32,000 nt of DNA, taken from Geobacter metallireducens GS-15 (GTDB lineage Bacteria > Desulfobacterota > Desulfuromonadia > Geobacterales > Geobacteraceae). A program made the position numbers and the translations under genes. This document shows positions 26,799 through 32,000 of this stretch, piece by piece (within the stretch, counting starts at the first letter, position 1; each line of letters opens with the position of its first letter). The notes below the pieces were generated by a model. The model saw only the letters and a program-made list of their open reading frames with translations, did no database searches and was not told where the DNA came from. The stretch is taken from the NCBI RefSeq assembly GCF_000012925.1, contig NC_007517.1, forward strand, positions 1,800,001-1,832,000, read 5' to 3'.

Positions 26799-27484
26799 CA
26801 TGGGTTGAGGCTTACCGATGAGGTGTCGGGCGAGGGGATGAGCTGGTTGAAATAGTGGATTGACGCGAACCGTTCCGAGGGGAGAGGATGCACCGTCGAG
26901 CTGTAGCGGCTCACGTAGATGAGGTGGCTGATACCATAGGCTTCCGCCGTGCCGAGGTTCGTCTCGCTGTCCTCGCCGAGCATGGTACGGGCCGGGTCGT
27001 AGGGGACGGTCTTCCTGAGCATTCCCCAGAAAGCCACGTCTTCCTTGGGGAGACCGACTTCGTGGGCCGAGACGATGCCGGTAAAGTAGGGCCCGATGCG
27101 GGTTTTGCGCATCTTGATGTCAAGGGTCTTGCCGTGGGCGTTGGTCACCAGCCAGATCTCCTTGGCGTGCTGCCGGAGAAACAGAAGAAATTCCACCACG
27201 CCGGGATGGACGGCGATGAGGTGCTCTACTTCGAGCTTCAGAAGCGGGATGTCGAGCCCGAGCCGGTCGGACCAGTAGTCGAGGTCGGTCCAGTTGAGGG
27301 TCCGCTCCTGGGAGCGGAATTGGGCGTAGAGGGACTTCTTGGCCGTATCGAGGGGGATGCCGTTCTTGGCCGCGTAGCGTTTCGGCACGTGCTCGAGCCA
27401 GAAATGATCGTCGAAATGGCGGTCCAGGAGGGTGCCGTCCATGTCGAGGAGCACCGTATCGATCTGATTCCAGTCAATAGTCAT
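26798..27484 (-). CDS. HAD-IA hydrolase, YrfG-like (GMP/IMP nucleotidase-like)
   Basis: Trimmed to ATG 27484 (MTIDWNQIDTVLLDMDGTLLDRHFDDHFW). Has the DxDGT motif I, LVTNAH and a C-terminal LIPS. Resembles E. coli YrfG as I recall it. Confidence 0.8.
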   Translation of the reverse strand: MTIDWNQIDTVLLDMDGTLLDRHFDDHFWLEHVPKRYAAKNGIPLDTAKKSLYAQFRSQERTLNWTDLDYWSDRLGLDIPLLKLEVEHLIAVHPGVVEFLLFLRQHAKEIWLVTNAHGKTLDIKMRKTRIGPYFTGIVSAHEVGLPKEDVAFWGMLRKTVPYDPARTMLGEDSETNLGTAEAYGISHLIYVSRYSSTVHPLPSERFASIHYFNQLIPSPDTSSVSLNP

Positions 27485-27496
27485 GGGGATCGGTTT

Positions 27497-27525
27497 AAAA
27501 GGAAAAGGCCCTACAGGGCCTTTTT
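27497..27525 (-). terminator. hairpin + U-run overlapping the thrC stop codon (possibly a partial terminator before the HAD gene)
   Basis: Minus strand reads AAAAGGCCC TGTA GGGCCTTTT CCTTTT. The thrC TAG lies in the loop/stem. Confidence 0.45.
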
Positions 27526-28896
27526 CTCGATGAATGCCTTTATGGCGTCGCGGTCCGCATCGAGCACGTCGCATCGGCTCGGAAGGGCTTCGATTCCTTC
27601 CAGGGAGGTCGGTCGGGAAGGCTCGAAACCCACGGCACGGACCACCGCCTCGGCGAACTTGGCCGGGTGAGCCGTGGCGAGGCAGACGGCGGGAGTGCCG
27701 TCCTGCACCAGTTCCAGGGCCGCCTTGACGCCGACCGCCGTGTGGGGGTCGAGGATGTAGCCGGTCTCCCGGTGAAAGGCGGCGATGGTCGCGATGGTCT
27801 CATCCTCGTTCACCGAGCGGGAGAGGAACTCATCCCGCACCTTCTCCATTTCGGCCTCGGTGAAGTCGATCCGCCCCTTCGTGGGGAGGGCGGCGAACGC
27901 CTCGCGGACCCGGGCGGGGTTCTCGCCGAAGAGGTAGTAGACATACCGCTCGAAGTTGGAGGCCAGCTGGATATCCATGGACGGGGATACGGTCGCCACC
28001 ACGTCTCCGAGGGAATAGTCACCCCCGTTGATGAACCGGGAGAGGATATTGTTCTCGTTGGTGGCCAGGATCAACCGTCTGATCGGCAGACCCATCCGCT
28101 TTGCCACGTAGCCGGCGAAAATATCGCCGAAATTGCCGGTCGGAACCGAGAAGACCACCTCCTGGCCGAAGAGCGCGGCAACCCGGAAGTAGGCGTAGAA
28201 GTAGTAGACCACCTGGGCCAGGACCCGGGCCCAGTTGATGGAGTTGACGGCGCCCAAGGAGTACTTTTCCTTGAAGGGGAGATCGCTGAAGAGGCTCTTC
28301 ACGATGTTCTGGCAGTCGTCAAAGGTCCCCCGCGCGGCGATGTTGTGCACGTTCGGATCGAGCACCGTGGTCATCTGCAGGGCCTGCACCGGCGAGGTCT
28401 TGCCGTGGGGATGGAGGATGAAGATGTTGATCTTGTCCTTTCCCCGGACGCCGTAGATGGCGGCACTGCCGGTGTCGCCCGAGGTGGCGCCGACGATGTT
28501 CATCTTTTCCCCGCGCTCCTTCAGCAGGTACTCGAAGAGGTTGCCGAGGAGCTGCAGCGCCACGTCTTTGAAGGCAAGGGTCGGCCCGTGGAAGAGTTCC
28601 AGGATGTACACACCGTCCTTTTCCACCACCGGTGTAATCTCCGGATGGGAGAAGGTGGCGTAGGAGCGGTCGATGAGATCCTTGAGGTCCTGCGCGGGAA
28701 TGTCATCGGCGAAGAGGGATATCACGTTGAACGCCAGATCCTGGTAGGAGAGGCTTTGCCACGATTCGAGCGTGTTGCGGCCAAGGGCCGGGATGGTCTC
28801 CGGCAGCAGAAGCCCGCCGTCGGTGGCGAGTCCCATCATGACCGCGTCCTTGAATCCGATGGGGGCGATGGCACCCCGGGTACTGATATAGTTCAT
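27511..28896 (-). CDS. thrC: threonine synthase
   Basis: MNYISTRG start (ATG 28896; the ORF track starts at TTG 28905). PLP-Lys motif HGPTLAFKDVALQ. Confidence 0.95.
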   Translation of the reverse strand: MNYISTRGAIAPIGFKDAVMMGLATDGGLLLPETIPALGRNTLESWQSLSYQDLAFNVISLFADDIPAQDLKDLIDRSYATFSHPEITPVVEKDGVYILELFHGPTLAFKDVALQLLGNLFEYLLKERGEKMNIVGATSGDTGSAAIYGVRGKDKINIFILHPHGKTSPVQALQMTTVLDPNVHNIAARGTFDDCQNIVKSLFSDLPFKEKYSLGAVNSINWARVLAQVVYYFYAYFRVAALFGQEVVFSVPTGNFGDIFAGYVAKRMGLPIRRLILATNENNILSRFINGGDYSLGDVVATVSPSMDIQLASNFERYVYYLFGENPARVREAFAALPTKGRIDFTEAEMEKVRDEFLSRSVNEDETIATIAAFHRETGYILDPHTAVGVKAALELVQDGTPAVCLATAHPAKFAEAVVRAVGFEPSRPTSLEGIEALPSRCDVLDADRDAIKAFIEKKAL

Positions 28897-29063
28897 AGTG
28901 ATCAAATCTCCGCTGTTTTTTGTGTAAAAGACGAAGCATCTTAACAGTAATCCCGCGAAAAGGGAAGGGGACGGACCGCTCCGGCCGTGGGCCTTTCCTC
29001 TGCTCTCGGGAGTGTGGTACTATTGTCTGGCTGAAAGCACTTTTTGCCCGAAAGGCGCCCACC

Positions 29064-30005
29064 ATGAATCTTGCAAAACGGGCCGAGATGCTCCATGTCA
29101 TCGATACCCTGGCCACCCATTACCTGAAGGGAAAGGTGCGGGCGGTTCGGCTCTCGGTCATCGCCCTTCTTTCCGGCGGGCACATCCTTCTTGAGGACAT
29201 TCCCGGCCTCGGCAAGACCACCCTGGCGCTGGCCCTGGCCAAAGCGTTGGGGCTCTCTTTCGGCCGGGTCCAGTGCACGAGCGACCTCCTTCCCACCGAC
29301 ATCACGGGGCTTTCCATCTTCAATCGCGAAGAGAGTCGGTTCACCTTTGTCTCGGGGCCGATTTTCAACAACGTGGTGCTTGTGGACGAGATCAACCGGG
29401 CCATGCCCAAAACCCAGAGCGCACTTCTGGAGGCCATGGAAGAGCGGAAAGTGACCGTGGAAGGGACGACCCATCATCTGCCGGGACCGTTTCTTGTTAT
29501 AGCCACCCAGAACCCTGTGGAGCAGGTGGGAACCTATCCGCTTCCCGAGTCCCAGCTCGACCGGTTCATGGTCAGAAGCGGTATTGGCTATCCCCCCGAC
29601 ATCATCGAGAAGGCGATTATCAAGGGAGGGAGTATCCGGGATGGGATCCAGAGCCTTGAACCGCTCGTTTCGGCTAATGACATCGCCGAGGCCCAGCGTG
29701 CCGTGAAGGAAGGGGTCTATCTCTCTGACACCGTCGTTGATTACCTCTACACCATCGTTGCCGCCACCCGAAACCATCCCGCTATCTCCTCGGGGATCTC
29801 CACCCGGGGGGCCATCGGCATGGCCGAAACCGCCAAGGCGCATGCCTACCTGGAGGGGCGAGACTACGTCATTCCCGAGGATGTGAAGGCCATTGCCGTA
29901 CCAGTGGGTGCCCACCGCCTCATCCTCACCATGGAGAACGAGAACCTGGACAAGGGGGAGCTATTAAACGCCGTCCTGAACGCCATCCCGGTTCCGCTGG
30001 CCTGA
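29064..30005 (+). CDS. MoxR-family AAA+ ATPase
   Basis: Trimmed to ATG 29064. Walker A PGLGKTT, Walker B VLVDEINRA, and TQNPVEQVGTYPLPESQLDRF typical of MoxR. Confidence 0.9.
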   Translation: MNLAKRAEMLHVIDTLATHYLKGKVRAVRLSVIALLSGGHILLEDIPGLGKTTLALALAKALGLSFGRVQCTSDLLPTDITGLSIFNREESRFTFVSGPIFNNVVLVDEINRAMPKTQSALLEAMEERKVTVEGTTHHLPGPFLVIATQNPVEQVGTYPLPESQLDRFMVRSGIGYPPDIIEKAIIKGGSIRDGIQSLEPLVSANDIAEAQRAVKEGVYLSDTVVDYLYTIVAATRNHPAISSGISTRGAIGMAETAKAHAYLEGRDYVIPEDVKAIAVPVGAHRLILTMENENLDKGELLNAVLNAIPVPLA

Positions 30006-30868
30006 AGCTCACGCGGGCCGGCGCCGCCTATATCGCCATCACGCTCCTGCTCGGTTTCGCTGCGGTCAATACGGGGAACAACCTCCTTTTCCTCGTGGTG
30101 TCGGCCCTCTTGGGCTTCATGACCGTCTCCGGGATCCTCGGTTGGCTCAATATCCGGTATCTGGACGTTGCGGTCCGTCTCCCCGATGAGATCTACGACG
30201 GCCAGGAGACCTACGTGACGCTCATGGTGGAAAACCGTAAGCGGTTGCTCCCCTCGTTTCTGTTGCGGATTGGAGTGGAAGAGGCCCACGCCGATTTTCA
30301 CCTGGTGGAGCGGAGTGCCACCGAATCCGGCACCCTGGCGATGACGTTTAAGGGGAGGGGGCGGAAAGAACTCATTCAGGCTGTGGTCAGTTCACCGTTC
30401 CCGATAAATTTCTTTATCAGGAGCACGACGCTCCCGCTTGATGCCCGCTGCATCGTCTTTCCCCGGCCCCGCCCCTGCGGGCCGCCGGAAGGTCCGGCAG
30501 ATGCGCGGAGCAGGGGGGCCGCCCGGAGCGTCGGACGGGGCTATGAGGGGGAAATGGAGACCATCGCCGACTACACGGGTGTCGAACCGCTGAAACTGAT
30601 CCATTGGCGCCTCTCGGCCCGCCACGAGAATCTCAAGGTGAAGCGGTTGACCTCCCTGGCCGACGTCCCTCTCATGATCGATGTTGCACAACTCCCGGGC
30701 CAGAGTCTGGACGAGAGGCTTTCGTGCGGAGCCTGGATCGTGAATCGCTCCATCAGGGTAAACCGTCCGGTGGGGCTTATCACCGGCACTAAGGTTATCG
30801 GACCCGACACCTCCCGATTGCACCGACTCAAGCTCCTCACGGAACTCGCTCTCCATGGTTCCTGTTAG
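30002..30868 (+). CDS. DUF58-family protein (MoxR partner)
   Basis: GE.E..ADYTGVEPLKLIHWRLSARHENLKVKRL is the DUF58 signature. The conserved N-terminal LTRAGAAYIAITLLLGFAAVNTGNNLLFLV lies upstream of the first canonical start (GTG 30095), so CTG 30002 (overlapping the moxR stop as CTGA) is proposed. Confidence 0.7.
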   Translation: MKLTRAGAAYIAITLLLGFAAVNTGNNLLFLVVSALLGFMTVSGILGWLNIRYLDVAVRLPDEIYDGQETYVTLMVENRKRLLPSFLLRIGVEEAHADFHLVERSATESGTLAMTFKGRGRKELIQAVVSSPFPINFFIRSTTLPLDARCIVFPRPRPCGPPEGPADARSRGAARSVGRGYEGEMETIADYTGVEPLKLIHWRLSARHENLKVKRLTSLADVPLMIDVAQLPGQSLDERLSCGAWIVNRSIRVNRPVGLITGTKVIGPDTSRLHRLKLLTELALHGSC

Positions 30869-32000
30869 CTCCCTCATCACCGTCCTCGCCTATGCGGTTG
30901 CCGCTCTCGGCTACCTGCCGGTGGCCCCCCACGTGGACCTTGCGGTGCGGCTCGCCTTTCCTCTGGCGTTCGCGGCAGGGATATTTCTGGACCGGAAGGG
31001 TAAATACCCATTTACCGGTATACCCTCAACCGTCGTTACCGTCATCTTCTTTGTCGTCTACTTTATGCAACTCAGCATGGCAAACCCCGCGGCGCCGGTG
31101 GTCAATTTTTTCGTGGTGCTGCTCTCTGTCCGGCTCGTGAATGAAAAGACTCCGCGCAACCTCCTTCAGATCTTCGCCCTGGCCCTCTTCGCCCTGGCCG
31201 GTTCGTCCCTCTTCAGTCTGAGCGCCGTATTCCTCGTTTACCTCTTTCTTCAGTTGGGCCTGATCGCCGTCTCCCTTGTTCTTCTTACCTTCCACTCCGT
31301 TGATGCGCGCCTGCGCCTCACGCGGAGAAGTCTGGCGCGGGTGATCGGCGTGGCTCTTGCCATGCCCGCGGCCTCGGTGCCGTTGCTCCTGATATTCTTT
31401 GTCATTCTTCCCCGAACCCAGTACCCGCTCCTCAACTTTCTCAATGTCCCGGGAGAGCGGGCCACCGGCTTCAGCGACAGGGTCGAACCGGGGAAGGCGT
31501 CGAGCATCGGCGACGTGAAGACTGTAGCTTTCCGGGCTGAATGCGAGCAGCTTGGCCGCAATGACCTCTACTGGAGGGGAATCGTCTTTGACACCATCTC
31601 CGGCGCCACCTGGGTGCGGAGTGGAAAGCGCCTCGTTGAAGTTTCCGCCACTCCCCGGGGAAAAACAATTCGTCAGGTCGTTTACCCTGAACCGTCACGG
31701 AACAGCTATCTCCTGGCCTTGGACGTACCGCTCCAGATTGACGGTGTGAGGGCAAGCCAGGACGCCGATTTCACTTTCACCCGGCGACCGTCGGGGAGCG
31801 GTCGGATCCGCTACGAGGCGAGGTCGGTGCTCACCGGCGCCATTCCCGTCCCCCGGGGGATTGACCGATCTCACTACCTTCGCCTCCCCGGACGGGTTTC
31901 CGCTCGGATCGCTGCCCTGACCGGGGAGTTCACGGTCGGCAGCCCGACCGATGAGGAGCGGTTGAACCGTGTCGAGACATGGTTCAGGCGGCAGGGTTTC
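30855..32000 (+). CDS. multi-pass membrane protein, probable TgpA-like transglutaminase-domain protein (5' part; runs off the window)
   Basis: Hand-translated open frame of 382 codons with no stop, absent from the track because it is incomplete. The N-terminus has several hydrophobic helices, as in DUF3488. Its position after MoxR-DUF58 is typical. The catalytic core is not yet reached in the window. Confidence 0.6.
   Translation, partial: MVPVSSLITVLAYAVAALGYLPVAPHVDLAVRLAFPLAFAAGIFLDRKGKYPFTGIPSTVVTVIFFVVYFMQLSMANPAAPVVNFFVVLLSVRLVNEKTPRNLLQIFALALFALAGSSLFSLSAVFLVYLFLQLGLIAVSLVLLTFHSVDARLRLTRRSLARVIGVALAMPAASVPLLLIFFVILPRTQYPLLNFLNVPGERATGFSDRVEPGKASSIGDVKTVAFRAECEQLGRNDLYWRGIVFDTISGATWVRSGKRLVEVSATPRGKTIRQVVYPEPSRNSYLLALDVPLQIDGVRASQDADFTFTRRPSGSGRIRYEARSVLTGAIPVPRGIDRSHYLRLPGRVSARIAALTGEFTVGSPTDEERLNRVETWFRRQGF

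Noticed and set aside
1-32000. CRISPR arrays, rRNA/tRNA genes, IS elements, integrases and prophage genes.
   Set aside because: No regularly spaced direct repeats, no conserved rRNA/tRNA sequence blocks, and no ORF with transposase, integrase or phage structural signatures were found on either strand.

Overview
GC-rich bacterial chromosomal segment. The gene order (plsX-fabH-fabD-fabG-acpP-fabF-rpiB-glyA, later dCMP deaminase-nrdR-ribD-ribE-ribBA-ribH-nusB, hom, thrC) looks like Desulfuromonadales/Geobacter-type Desulfobacterota; this is inferred from synteny and protein signatures, and no search was run. About 38 protein-coding genes are supportable. I found no rRNA, tRNA, CRISPR array, transposase or integrase. 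Between the two housekeeping blocks lies a variable stretch of about 12 kb (8.3-20.5 kb) that holds the unusual content: (1) a decayed lexA-like/dinB SOS cassette; (2) a stand-alone TSCPD protein next to a DUF1653::2x[4Fe-4S] fusion; (3) a 47-aa hydrophobic ORF lying antisense between a + strand operon and its likely terminator; (4) an adenylase-carrier-acyltransferase tri-domain gene (permuted Aas-like) tightly coupled to a P-type ATPase; (5) a dispersed RNA-repair/ribosome-rescue set of archease, long-type RtcB, an HDIG hydrolase and a 107-aa GGQ mini release factor. Just upstream of this stretch, an orphan CheY is paired with a CheX phosphatase carrying four tandem MshEN-type (c-di-GMP-receptor-like) motifs. 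The 3' end carries a MoxR-DUF58-transglutaminase-like operon in which the DUF58 gene seems to need a non-canonical CTG start. All functional calls come from motif recognition by eye and none is verified by database search.
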